From a virus (lineage: Duplodnaviria > Caudoviricetes): DNA of 52,317 nucleotides. Below, piece after piece: positions 20,207 to 28,049 of the stretch (its first letter is position 1; each line of letters begins with the position of its first letter). The notes below the pieces were generated by a model. That model saw only the letters and a list, made by a program, of their open reading frames with translations, did no database searches and was not told where the DNA came from. The position numbers and the translations under genes were made by a program. The stretch spans positions 1-52,317 of IMG/VR virus record IMGVR_UViG_3300021957_000053; one strand, written 5' to 3'.

Positions 20207-20432
20207 AAGTCCTATTCCTTTGGGTAGATCTAGTTCGTTCTTCTTTTGTCATAGGTCTTATGTATCGTTCGTAATCTACTACAGTACCTGTGTTCCATCT
20301 TGTTGCCTCAGAATCTGCCTTTTCTTTTGTTTCAAATAAAAGAACCTCTGAATCGTAAGTCCAAGGGTTTTCCTTTCGTACTAAAGTATACTCACCTTTT
20401 TCTATCTCAATCTGAACTGCGTACATCTTCAC
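20193..20432 (-). CDS. Hypothetical protein
   Basis: 79 aa ORF with an AGGAG RBS. Confidence 0.65.
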   Translation of the reverse strand: MKMYAVQIEIEKGEYTLVRKENPWTYDSEVLLFETKEKADSEATRWNTGTVVDYERYIRPMTKEERTRSTQRNRTFVTK

Positions 20433-20580
20433 TCCTTTCTGATTCTAAACCAGCTTTAACTAAAGCTATAAACCCTGCGTTAAAGATAGCTGCGAATGTT
20501 TTAGGGTCACACTCTACTTGTAGTGTAGCACTACCATCTTCATGTTCTTCTACTTCTGTAATTTTAATTATGTCATTCAT
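20407..20580 (-). CDS. Hypothetical protein (not in ORF track)
   Basis: MNDIIKITEVEEHEDGSATLQVECD... 57 aa; AGGAG RBS; EHEDGSAT pattern common in phage proteins. Confidence 0.65.
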   Translation of the reverse strand: MNDIIKITEVEEHEDGSATLQVECDPKTFAAIFNAGFIALVKAGLESERSEDVRSSD

Positions 20581-20731
20581 TGTTTACTCCTATGCATGGT
20601 AATAATATAGATAGCTTGCAGTACTTTGGGTATTCATCATACGTCATAGCTATTAATACTGGTGGTGCAGCTATCAGTAAAGCTACAATAGCTGACGCCT
20701 TGATCGCACCGTTAATGTTACCTCTCATCAT
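20573..20731 (-). CDS. Small membrane protein (not in ORF track)
   Basis: MMRGNINGAIKASAIVALLIAAPPVLIAMTYDEYPKYCKLSILLPCIGVNNE; ATGA overlap with thyX. Confidence 0.55.
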   Translation of the reverse strand: MMRGNINGAIKASAIVALLIAAPPVLIAMTYDEYPKYCKLSILLPCIGVNNE

Positions 20732-21381
20732 TCATTCTCCCTTAATGCTTCCCATGATACAGGAAACAGCTTAGCCATTTCAGTGTCTATATATCCAGCT
20801 ACAACCTGTGTTTCGTACTGTGTGTCAGGCTTACAACGTAGGTTACACATGTCTGCAAATGCATCTAAGCTACCTGACCAGTACCACTCAGTGACCATGC
20901 TCTGTGGCAGTACCATACGTGCTTGCTCTGGACACACACCTGCTTCAAGCAATGTTTCATATTCATACAATGCTGATCTGTTAAACTCATGTGGAACTAG
21001 GTAAGGAACCTTAACTTCACCTGAACTTCCTTGTTTTATATCCTCTGCTCTACCACGCCATTCACTAGGCACATATAACTCAGGCTCAGTGTCCACATAC
21101 CTACGACTAATCTCATTCCATCGTAGGAACTTATGCTTGACTAGCTGTCTAGCTACAAACACTGGAGCCTTGACATGGAAGCTGGCAAAGCAATGCCCGA
21201 AGGGGCTGATGTGCTTGTGCTTGGCTAGGTAACGTATGAGCTTGGCATCCTTGTCTTTCAACTTAGGTGGACCCCATACGTCACTGGTATCCATTTCACT
21301 ACGCTTACCAAAGCTTACTCGTGCTGCATTAGCTACAGATAAGTCAGTACCCATGTGATCTATGTAAAACGTTTGTAACAT
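20728..21381 (-). CDS. thyX: FAD-dependent thymidylate synthase
   Basis: ANAARVSF, HISPFGH, ARQLVKH...NEISRRY, PEQARMVLPQ. Confidence 0.93.
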   Translation of the reverse strand: MLQTFYIDHMGTDLSVANAARVSFGKRSEMDTSDVWGPPKLKDKDAKLIRYLAKHKHISPFGHCFASFHVKAPVFVARQLVKHKFLRWNEISRRYVDTEPELYVPSEWRGRAEDIKQGSSGEVKVPYLVPHEFNRSALYEYETLLEAGVCPEQARMVLPQSMVTEWYWSGSLDAFADMCNLRCKPDTQYETQVVAGYIDTEMAKLFPVSWEALRENE

Positions 21382-22466
21382 TATTTCTTTCTCCTATCTA
21401 ATGCTGACTTAGCTGCAGCATAAGTATGTTTATGGTATGGATTTAGTGAAGAGATATTCTGATGTCCTGTCACTGACATAATAGCTAGATGATCTACCTC
21501 TGAGTCAATCATTTCTACTATAGCACTCTTCCTTAAATCTCCGACAAGTAAATTAGATGGTAGGTCTGCAGCTTCTTTTATTTGATTTGCTAATGATGAT
21601 ACCTGACCTACGTTTAATGGTCTGTAGGCACCATCTGATGGTCTCTGATGTGGTACTACGTAGTCTTGAAAGTCCCAATCTTTTTTCTGTTGAGTGAGCA
21701 TGTCCATGATCTCTTCAGAAATTGGTAGCTCAACTGTTGCTCCACGTTTAGTTTGTTTTATCTTTACCTTCTTCTCTTTAAAATTAATTGAAGACCACTT
21801 TAATAATCTTATATCGGTAGGTCTTTGTGCCCACTCATAGCACATCAGTACAATCAATCCTACATTACGCCAATCAAAATCAGTGAATGCAACATCAAGA
21901 AATTTTTCTACCTGTTCTTGCGTCCATGTTGTATCTCTTGTTTCATGTTTTCTTTTACGAACTTTAGACATAGGGTTATACTTAATTAAATCAATAGAGA
22001 TACAAAAATTTATTAGTAATGAAAAGATTCTTGAACACTGATTCCCTTTAGACACACTTACATCTTCACACCATTCTTCATAAGCCTCAGTACAATGCAT
22101 AGCAGTAAGGTCTTTAATCTTAACCTGACCTAACTTCCTACTACCAACACTTGTATTAGCAATAGCATTCATTGTGTTATCGTAAGTTCTTTGTGAGTTA
22201 TATGCTAACTGTTTAAAATGTGTAGTTGTTACATAGTATTTATAAATGTGTAGTATTGTAGAGTTAGGCCCAATGTTTCCTGCGACAATATCTCCACGTT
22301 TAAATGCTTCTACCTTTTCTATCAGCCTTGGTATCTCATACCTTGCTGCACGTCCATCTTTAAATGTTTGTCTTCGTGCAACACCAGCATCAATAGCATC
22401 TTGTGGTGGTGTAAATCTCCATACAGTACCAGTCTTTAAGTTTCCTTTCTTTGTATATTTATACAT
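21381..22466 (-). CDS. int: Tyrosine recombinase / phage integrase
   Basis: Catalytic set: AQRPTDI (R), QTKRG (K), GDLRKS (HxxR with H replaced), VTGHQN (H), LNPY (Y); N-terminal arm-binding/core-binding-like regions. Confidence 0.88.
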   Translation of the reverse strand: MYKYTKKGNLKTGTVWRFTPPQDAIDAGVARRQTFKDGRAARYEIPRLIEKVEAFKRGDIVAGNIGPNSTILHIYKYYVTTTHFKQLAYNSQRTYDNTMNAIANTSVGSRKLGQVKIKDLTAMHCTEAYEEWCEDVSVSKGNQCSRIFSLLINFCISIDLIKYNPMSKVRKRKHETRDTTWTQEQVEKFLDVAFTDFDWRNVGLIVLMCYEWAQRPTDIRLLKWSSINFKEKKVKIKQTKRGATVELPISEEIMDMLTQQKKDWDFQDYVVPHQRPSDGAYRPLNVGQVSSLANQIKEAADLPSNLLVGDLRKSAIVEMIDSEVDHLAIMSVTGHQNISSLNPYHKHTYAAAKSALDRRKK

Positions 22467-22502
22467 AATAATATTTAATCCTTATAGTAATACTTTAAAG
22501 TA

Positions 22503-22532
22503 AGAGTAGCATAGTAGGGTACTACAACGCAA
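22503..22532 (-). promoter_or_regulatory. Putative integrase promoter, TGCTAC class
   Basis: Minus strand TTGCGT-N18-TACTCT with an extended TG; followed by the palindrome TACTTTAAAGTA at 22491-22502. Confidence 0.5.
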
Positions 22533-22548
22533 CACCCTACTAAATTTA

Positions 22549-22746
22549 TTATCTGTAACCGTCATCTTTCCATGACATAACTTCTGCAATTTTTTCTATA
22601 TTGCATAGGGTTTTAATACATTCGTATATAGTTACAGTACAGTCTGCAAAAGATAGACTGTTAGCAACGTCTACACTATCCGAAAGTAGATCTTGATAGG
22701 TGGACGCTACTCTTTCATCCTTATGGATAACCTCTACATAATACAT
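22549..22746 (-). CDS. Hypothetical early protein
   Basis: 65 aa ORF in a tightly packed operon. Confidence 0.6.
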   Translation of the reverse strand: MYYVEVIHKDERVASTYQDLLSDSVDVANSLSFADCTVTIYECIKTLCNIEKIAEVMSWKDDGYR

Positions 22747-22750
22747 AACA

Positions 22751-23011
22751 CTAACGCTTACCCCCTTCTATCACAATTAGTTGTGGGTTCCTTGGTTTAG
22801 ATGTCAAAACATTTCTCAATTCTTCATACCTTTCTAAGTTATAGTCTCGCATTTTTATCACAGGCTCTGTGTCCATGATGTCAAAGACAGCATTGGGGAA
22901 TGCATCTTCTAGTTTCTCGCAGATAAGACTAGCACTTTCGATGGTCGAGCACCTCATTACGAGGCACTCTTCCAACTCATCAACATACATTTCTACTACA
23001 TAATAATCCAT
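22751..23011 (-). CDS. Hypothetical early protein
   Basis: 86 aa; C-terminal LIVIEGGK motif. Confidence 0.7.
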   Translation of the reverse strand: MDYYVVEMYVDELEECLVMRCSTIESASLICEKLEDAFPNAVFDIMDTEPVIKMRDYNLERYEELRNVLTSKPRNPQLIVIEGGKR

Positions 23012-23014
23012 GTA

Positions 23015-23233
23015 CTATCCTGCAAAGTGATACAGCTTACGTCCATAAGCATGGTTAATATATAAGGTACGTTTACCGAAGTGATAAGCATTCATAGTAT
23101 GAAGCGGCTCATACTTGAGCCAACCACGAGAGCTACGGCTACGTTTGCGATACAATCCTTTCTTACCTAAGAGATTGAAACGAAACCCTTTTGTTCCGTC
23201 ATTAAGTGGTTTAGTTGCAAAGATTACAAACAT
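23015..23233 (-). CDS. Hypothetical basic early protein
   Basis: ATG 23233 follows AAGGAG (the track extends to 23263). Confidence 0.65.
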   Translation of the reverse strand: MFVIFATKPLNDGTKGFRFNLLGKKGLYRKRSRSSRGWLKYEPLHTMNAYHFGKRTLYINHAYGRKLYHFAG

Positions 23234-23249
23234 ATTTAACTCCTTTAAA

Positions 23250-23528
23250 TTAATAAGACCCATGATAGGGATGAATGCAGAGGTGAGGAAATGCCATCCT
23301 CAAACTACCTTCTGCACTAGATATACTTCTAGCATCTTCTATCGTAATGTCAAACATTTCTCGAAGATTGCTTTCAGTTTCTTGTAGTGCATCGTAGGCA
23401 GACTTGATTGCTTTTACCTGCTCGTCTATTAAGTCATGGCATTTTTCTTCAAGATCTATTCTACGTGCTTCTCGTTTATCTGCCCACTCTTGATGGCTCT
23501 TTGTGATTTCTTCTGGAGTCATTGTCAT
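23250..23528 (-). CDS. Hypothetical coiled-coil early protein
   Basis: 92 aa; AAGGA RBS directly after a palindromic repeat. Confidence 0.7.
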   Translation of the reverse strand: MTMTPEEITKSHQEWADKREARRIDLEEKCHDLIDEQVKAIKSAYDALQETESNLREMFDITIEDARSISSAEGSLRMAFPHLCIHPYHGSY

Positions 23529-23561
23529 TTTAGTTCCTTTCCATTCTCGGAATTTCCGTGA

Positions 23562-24401
23562 TTAAGCTGCAAGTAAAAAACGATTGTCACTAACCCACTT
23601 GGATACCTCCTGTTCTCTACCCCACATTGAGGTAGCTTGTGTGTCATTACCTGTATTACGAAGATTAAATCCATTACGATCATCTGCATAAGTAGCATAG
23701 TTAGTAAAGGCAGAGTACAAGGCCCACTTGTTTTCACCTCTCATGCATGTCTCTGTACGGTACAGTTGATACATCTTCTTTGCCTTACGTTCTGATGGTA
23801 TCATTGCTTCTAGCAATGCCTCTACATCTACATCCTTGAGGCTAGTCTGTGCCCATGTTTTCATCTTGATGGCTTGCTCATAGAAGTCTGACCGTAGGTT
23901 AGACAGTTCATTTATGAACGAGCTAAGTGAGAAGTTAGAGGTGTTCTTTCTCCGAACTTTATCATGCTCACCACTGATGCACCCATTGGTGCAGAAGCTA
24001 TCAATAGCACCAAAGAATACTTGGTTACTACATGACCCATCAATACCATGTAATGATATAATACGGTTCTTTACCTCAGTCTGATGTCGATCAGTTTCTA
24101 TAACTGATTTCATACTAGGTAGTGTAATGTCGAGCATAGCCCAAGCACCACCACGAGCAGTCCTGAAGTTAAAGTCTGCACCATGTAAGTCACCCTCTTG
24201 TAACTCCTGAGTAGCAGTGTCTACGACATTACGAAAGAAGTCACCATGATTGGCACAAGTAAAGTCCTTGCCCACAATACCAAGGTATTCACCTGTATTA
24301 GTATTGATTACATACTTCTTATCTTTGAATTTAGTTTCCTCGAACTCTACTTCAAAGTCCAAGTGCTCTGGTACGAATGATGTTGTTGTATCAAAAGGCA
24401 T
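23562..24401 (-). CDS. DUF932 / TIGR03299-like phage protein
   Basis: YLGIVGKDF..NH, HGIDGS, FCTNG, NKWALYSAFTNYAT pattern. Confidence 0.75.
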   Translation of the reverse strand: MPFDTTTSFVPEHLDFEVEFEETKFKDKKYVINTNTGEYLGIVGKDFTCANHGDFFRNVVDTATQELQEGDLHGADFNFRTARGGAWAMLDITLPSMKSVIETDRHQTEVKNRIISLHGIDGSCSNQVFFGAIDSFCTNGCISGEHDKVRRKNTSNFSLSSFINELSNLRSDFYEQAIKMKTWAQTSLKDVDVEALLEAMIPSERKAKKMYQLYRTETCMRGENKWALYSAFTNYATYADDRNGFNLRNTGNDTQATSMWGREQEVSKWVSDNRFLLAA

Positions 24402-24402
24402 G

Positions 24403-24564
24403 TTATATCTCCATTTCTGTTATAAATTCTAAAGCTTCTTCTTCATCTGCACTTTCAGTGTAATACGCCCAGAGATCTTCTTGAACGTAATTAATTAACT
24501 GATCTATATCTAAACTGTCTGTCCATTTAGTTATAGCTTCTTCAAGTTTATCTTCGATATTCAT
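24403..24564 (-). CDS. Small highly acidic early protein
   Basis: ATG 24564 after AAGGAG; 53 aa with 17 D/E and 2 K (the track start at 24654 reads through the repeat). Confidence 0.7.
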   Translation of the reverse strand: MNIEDKLEEAITKWTDSLDIDQLINYVQEDLWAYYTESADEEEALEFITEMEI

Positions 24565-24596
24565 ATCGACTCCTTTCATTCTCGGAATTTCCGTGA

Positions 24597-25295
24597 TTAG
24601 TGTTCCGATAGATGCACAATCTGTGTGCGGTTGATAGTCTTTTGTGCAAAGCAACCTGCCTTGCAGTCCTTGCAGTGACCCTTGAGATCCTTGTGGGTCT
24701 TAGGGCATAGGAACATTCTTGTTCCATAGACAGGATCAGATGTCAAGTCATCATCACCATAGAACATAATATTCCAGTCATCATCAATCAACATCTTCCA
24801 TTCAGCCTTGCTGTTGGATGGGTCAAGTGATGCATTAATGGCACAGTTAGGTAGAGGCATAAGCTCTTTCTCAATCAGAGCTTTGAGGCGTGGGTTACGC
24901 CATGCTCTGGTAGGAATCCACCATGTAGTATCTGGATTAAGTAGGCACATAGTCTTGACACGGTACACATCAATCACATCTTTGAAGGCTTCGCCTCTAG
25001 TCATGTGACGAACACGACTAGTATCATACCGTTTACGACTAAAGAATTTAGTGAAGTCAGAGTTAGACTTGTTTAGTTTCTGCCAGATAGTCTCACATCT
25101 GTCATCACGTTTAGCCATGTTAGGGTACATCTTGTATAACTTAACGTTATAACAAGTGTCATCGCAGTAATCTGTACGGTGGTCACAAGAACCAGTGTGG
25201 TTCTCGGTATCATTTATCGGTCTGTCTGTTGCAGCCATGCCTATGTCGGCACAGTATCTGAATAGATCATTAAGTTCTTGTGTTGTTACAGTCAT
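24597..25295 (-). CDS. Cys-rich Gp88-like / radical-SAM-like Fe-S protein
   Basis: C-x6-C-x3-CY, RVRH..GE, WIPTR, ASLD and C-terminal CP..CxxC..C. Confidence 0.65.
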   Translation of the reverse strand: MTVTTQELNDLFRYCADIGMAATDRPINDTENHTGSCDHRTDYCDDTCYNVKLYKMYPNMAKRDDRCETIWQKLNKSNSDFTKFFSRKRYDTSRVRHMTRGEAFKDVIDVYRVKTMCLLNPDTTWWIPTRAWRNPRLKALIEKELMPLPNCAINASLDPSNSKAEWKMLIDDDWNIMFYGDDDLTSDPVYGTRMFLCPKTHKDLKGHCKDCKAGCFAQKTINRTQIVHLSEH

Positions 25296-25325
25296 TCTCG
25301 GAATCTCCGTGATTGGATGTTTCGT

Positions 25326-25718
25326 TTAAGTTCTGAATACCTTTATGACAGGTTTATTTTGTTTGTCAATATACAAATAAGCAACCTCGGCATGGTAGAT
25401 CGGCTCATCGTGCTCATCTACAAATGTGTTTGCATGGTATGGGTTATACCTGACACGTTCAAGCCTAGCTACATCATGAGGCAAGGCATAGTCAGGATCT
25501 TGAAACCATAGGTCAGCATCCACCTCAACCTCTTGAGGTCTGACAAATGCATGTACATTCTTGACTCTTTCATCTTGAGTCTTTGCCCACCCTGCAGGTT
25601 GCACTGCAAAGATAGGCTTGTGTGCTATGATACTATTAGTATGCCATTGCACCTTACCGTTTCTTTTCCTTACAGAAAAGACATGCTTGTGTAGGTTATA
25701 ATATATCTCGGTCTTCAT
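25326..25718 (-). CDS. Conserved hypothetical phage protein
   Basis: YYNLHK..FSV...KNVHAFV...YNPY...FV pattern; ATG 25718 after GGAG. Confidence 0.75.
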   Translation of the reverse strand: MKTEIYYNLHKHVFSVRKRNGKVQWHTNSIIAHKPIFAVQPAGWAKTQDERVKNVHAFVRPQEVEVDADLWFQDPDYALPHDVARLERVRYNPYHANTFVDEHDEPIYHAEVAYLYIDKQNKPVIKVFRT

Positions 25719-25747
25719 TTGATTCTCCATTCTCGGAATTTCCGTGA

Positions 25748-26146
25748 TTACAATTTGATGCAAAAGTCTAGCTCTCTTGCTAGTTCATGCCATCCAGTAG
25801 GCATACATAGGTACGCCTTGTTCTGCTGCAAGTGCACTATTATGTTACCCACAGATAGGCTAGTGTCACCCTTAGCAAGGGTGGTAACCTTAGCTTTACC
25901 ATATCCATTCCCTGCATCAAAGACAGCTTCCAATGGGTCAACAGACTCAGATAGCACACCCAGATGCAGGAACTTGGTTGGGTAATACATGTTATGAAAC
26001 AAAGCATCATTGACACTCTGTTCTGCAGACTTCTCATTGAGAAGCCTCAAATCAAAAGCAATCCTTGCTATCTCTGATTGAGGGTTCTCATTAATTATGT
26101 CATAGACTTCTGGTCTGAACTGATAGACGAGGTATGATCTGGACAT
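25748..26146 (-). CDS. Hypothetical protein with a YodL-like motif
   Basis: YLVYQ...LEAVF...SLSVGNIIV...YLC...GW. Confidence 0.55.
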   Translation of the reverse strand: MSRSYLVYQFRPEVYDIINENPQSEIARIAFDLRLLNEKSAEQSVNDALFHNMYYPTKFLHLGVLSESVDPLEAVFDAGNGYGKAKVTTLAKGDTSLSVGNIIVHLQQNKAYLCMPTGWHELARELDFCIKL

Positions 26147-26301
26147 TGGCTTAACTCCTTGTTGCCATGAATTTCCTTAGTTCTGTCACAGGATGAAACA
26201 GATGTCAAGGCTTTTGTTTTGAATAGCATTTGTCGATGCCATATAGACCGCCAATATTTGTCGGCACGTAAAGCAAACCTATCACGTTTGTTAATCTGCA
26301 T
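26095..26301 (-). CDS. Hypothetical basic early protein
   Basis: GGAGG RBS and coupling to the upstream ORF; 3' part overlaps the next gene. Confidence 0.45.
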   Translation of the reverse strand: MQINKRDRFALRADKYWRSIWHRQMLFKTKALTSVSSCDRTKEIHGNKELSQCPDHTSSISSDQKSMT

Positions 26302-26425
26302 CTTCCTCCTCCATATTTAAAAACATTTCTGAGCACACTTCGCATAGATCACCACACTCATATCCATTCCATTCTGTATAGTGCAGAACTTCCTCTTCGT
26401 CACCACAGTTTTCACATTTAGGCAT
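26291..26425 (-). CDS. Small acidic zinc-finger-like protein (not in ORF track)
   Basis: MPKCENCGDEEEVLHYTEWNGYECGDLCEVCSEMFLNMEEEDAD; CxxC...CxxC; GAGG RBS. Confidence 0.65.
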   Translation of the reverse strand: MPKCENCGDEEEVLHYTEWNGYECGDLCEVCSEMFLNMEEEDAD

Positions 26426-26428
26426 AGC

Positions 26429-26662
26429 TTAATCCTCATCTCCACACATGTTATCCCATTCTTCAGGGCTGATACCTGTCTTAATAAACTCACGTTGCTC
26501 GGCATCCAAGTCAGGCATTACATTCTGAATCAGTTCACCTGATTGTAGCCAGTATTCTATCTTACCCTGAGTCGTAGGTAAAACCATAGAGTTTACTCTA
26601 CCTGAAAGCATAGACTTCTTGTGAACAAATACTTTGTTCTCTGCAATGTGTTCTATCCGCAT
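26429..26662 (-). CDS. Conserved hypothetical phage protein
   Basis: GELIQNVMPDLDAEQREFIKTGISPEEWD pattern; AGGAG RBS after a repeat copy. Confidence 0.75.
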   Translation of the reverse strand: MRIEHIAENKVFVHKKSMLSGRVNSMVLPTTQGKIEYWLQSGELIQNVMPDLDAEQREFIKTGISPEEWDNMCGDED

Positions 26663-26808
26663 GTTATTCTCCTTTTCATTCTCGGATTTTCCGTGATTAG
26701 TTTTGCATTGTTAGGGAAACGTTTCAGTATCTTCGATACTTGGCGCATGTCACGACAAGTAAGATAAGAAAACATAAACCCTTCCTCATCATAGAAACAT
26801 ACACGCAT
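26653..26808 (-). CDS. Hypothetical small protein (not in ORF track)
   Basis: MRVCFYDEEGFMFSYLTCRDMRQVSKILKRFPNNAKLITENPRMKRRITCG; GGGGG RBS; reads through a repeat copy. Confidence 0.45.
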   Translation of the reverse strand: MRVCFYDEEGFMFSYLTCRDMRQVSKILKRFPNNAKLITENPRMKRRITCG

Positions 26809-26810
26809 GA

Positions 26811-26966
26811 TCACCCCCGATCAAAAGCTAAAACAGAAAGTAATATTACTACAGGTAGTAAGGATAATAATATTATAGGATTAATAGTAGTATAAGCTAC
26901 TATTAATAATATACTTGAAGTAGATATAAGTATTAATAACCAAGCAAGAAATAATATTACTGGCAT
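26811..26966 (-). CDS. Very hydrophobic two-TM early membrane protein
   Basis: MPVILFLAWLLILISTSSILLIVAYTTINPIILLSLLPVVILLSVLAFDRG; AAGGAG RBS; very AT-rich. Confidence 0.65.
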   Translation of the reverse strand: MPVILFLAWLLILISTSSILLIVAYTTINPIILLSLLPVVILLSVLAFDRG

Positions 26967-27047
26967 CGCATGATCTCCTTTGCCGCATGTCCACAAAAAA
27001 GTATTCTCGGAATTTCCGAGAACACCATTATACTTCTCTGAAGTATA

Positions 27048-27080
27048 AACAAAAAAAGCTCCCCGAAGGGAGCTTCTTTT
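27048..27080. terminator. Rho-independent terminator with a cUUCGg loop (minus strand, possibly bidirectional)
   Basis: AAGCTCCC-CGAA-GGGAGCTT flanked by an A run and a T run. Confidence 0.8.
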
Positions 27081-27264
27081 ATATTTCACCGAGAAAGATT
27101 AAACAATCTATAAAGCCTTCAGCTTTATGTTTGTTTATCCAAGAGTCACTCTCCTTTTTAAGGAGGACTGGTAAATCATATCTGTCGGTTATTAACCGAC
27201 CTTGATAGCAAAAACAGTATTCATTATCTGAATACTCTAAGATTTGAACTCCACTATATTCCAT
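27079..27264 (-). CDS. Hypothetical early protein
   Basis: 61 aa; GGAG RBS inside the motif AACTTAAATCGGAGATT. Confidence 0.6.
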   Translation of the reverse strand: MEYSGVQILEYSDNEYCFCYQGRLITDRYDLPVLLKKESDSWINKHKAEGFIDCLIFLGEI

Positions 27265-27311
27265 ATTTTAAATCTCCGATTTAAGTTGATCACGGAATTT
27301 CCGAGATTGAA

Positions 27312-27331
27312 TAGCCCCCCGAAGGGGGCTA
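27312..27331 (-). terminator. cUUCGg hairpin after the first early gene (terminator or stabiliser)
   Basis: TAGCCCCC-CGAA-GGGGGCTA; U tract is weak. Confidence 0.6.
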
Positions 27332-27337
27332 AATGAT

Positions 27338-27952
27338 TTACTTGAAGAGCTTTGCAAGCTCTTTTGCGAACTCAGATCTCTTAAAGCCTCCGGCTTGAAG
27401 AGCATCAAATACTTGCTCTGCAAGTTCCTTTTCGTTCTTGGCTATCACTGTCTCAAAGACAGTGTTCTTTAGCACTTCCTCAGCCTTATTAGGCTGCTCA
27501 GAAGCCTTCGGCTTGCCCTTCGAGGTGTTTCCTGCTGAAGAAGCTTTAGGCTTCTTACGAAGCTCAGGATGAGCTTCCAGAACAATCTTCCGTATCGAAG
27601 ATACGCCAAGTGCTGAAAGCTTACCAGCTTTGTTTAACTGTTGGACTTTAGTCCAATGGGTGGCAATCCACTTGGCATCATATTTATCAGCGGAGCTGAT
27701 GTTTTCATTCGACAAATCGGTTCCACCGATAAAAGAGCCGTAGGCTTTCTTGTCACCACCGAACAATGCTTCAATTTGAAGCAAGACATTACCGAGTTCT
27801 CGGTAAAGGTTAAGCTGATCCTCTTGGATCAGATAAAGCTTGTCATAACAAGCTACGGCATGGCTGATTCCATCAGTGATAGTGTAGGTCTTACGACCTA
27901 ATTTGAATTGGCTGTTCAATGTTACCGTAGGTAAAGTAGCTGAATTTGTCAT
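27338..27952 (-). CDS. First gene of the early arm, hypothetical
   Basis: 204 aa; GGAG RBS in AACTTAATCGGAGATT; own promoter upstream and hairpin downstream. Confidence 0.8.
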   Translation of the reverse strand: MTNSATLPTVTLNSQFKLGRKTYTITDGISHAVACYDKLYLIQEDQLNLYRELGNVLLQIEALFGGDKKAYGSFIGGTDLSNENISSADKYDAKWIATHWTKVQQLNKAGKLSALGVSSIRKIVLEAHPELRKKPKASSAGNTSKGKPKASEQPNKAEEVLKNTVFETVIAKNEKELAEQVFDALQAGGFKRSEFAKELAKLFK

Positions 27953-28011
27953 CGTTAATCTCCGATTAAGTTAAGGTTGCTGCCTCATCGATTTGCCGAT
28001 GAAGCCCTTAC

Positions 28012-28041
28012 TTTGTAGCACTATCCAAAATCGATTGTCAA
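28012..28041 (-). promoter_or_regulatory. Early sigma70-like promoter, TGCTAC class
   Basis: Minus strand TTGACA-N18-TACAAA with an extended TG. Confidence 0.6.
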
Positions 28042-28049
28042 GCCCTATT

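Noticed and set aside
23525-23737. Track ORFs or N-terminal extensions reading through the repeats (23525-23737; starts at 24654, 25763 and 27089)
   Set aside because: Better starts with an SD lie just downstream of each repeat; the shared ITEIPRM peptide is simply the translated repeat.
26317-26505. 62-aa ORF in the track
   Set aside because: An alternative frame (26291-26425) has an RBS, a CxxC..CxxC motif and tight coupling to its neighbours.
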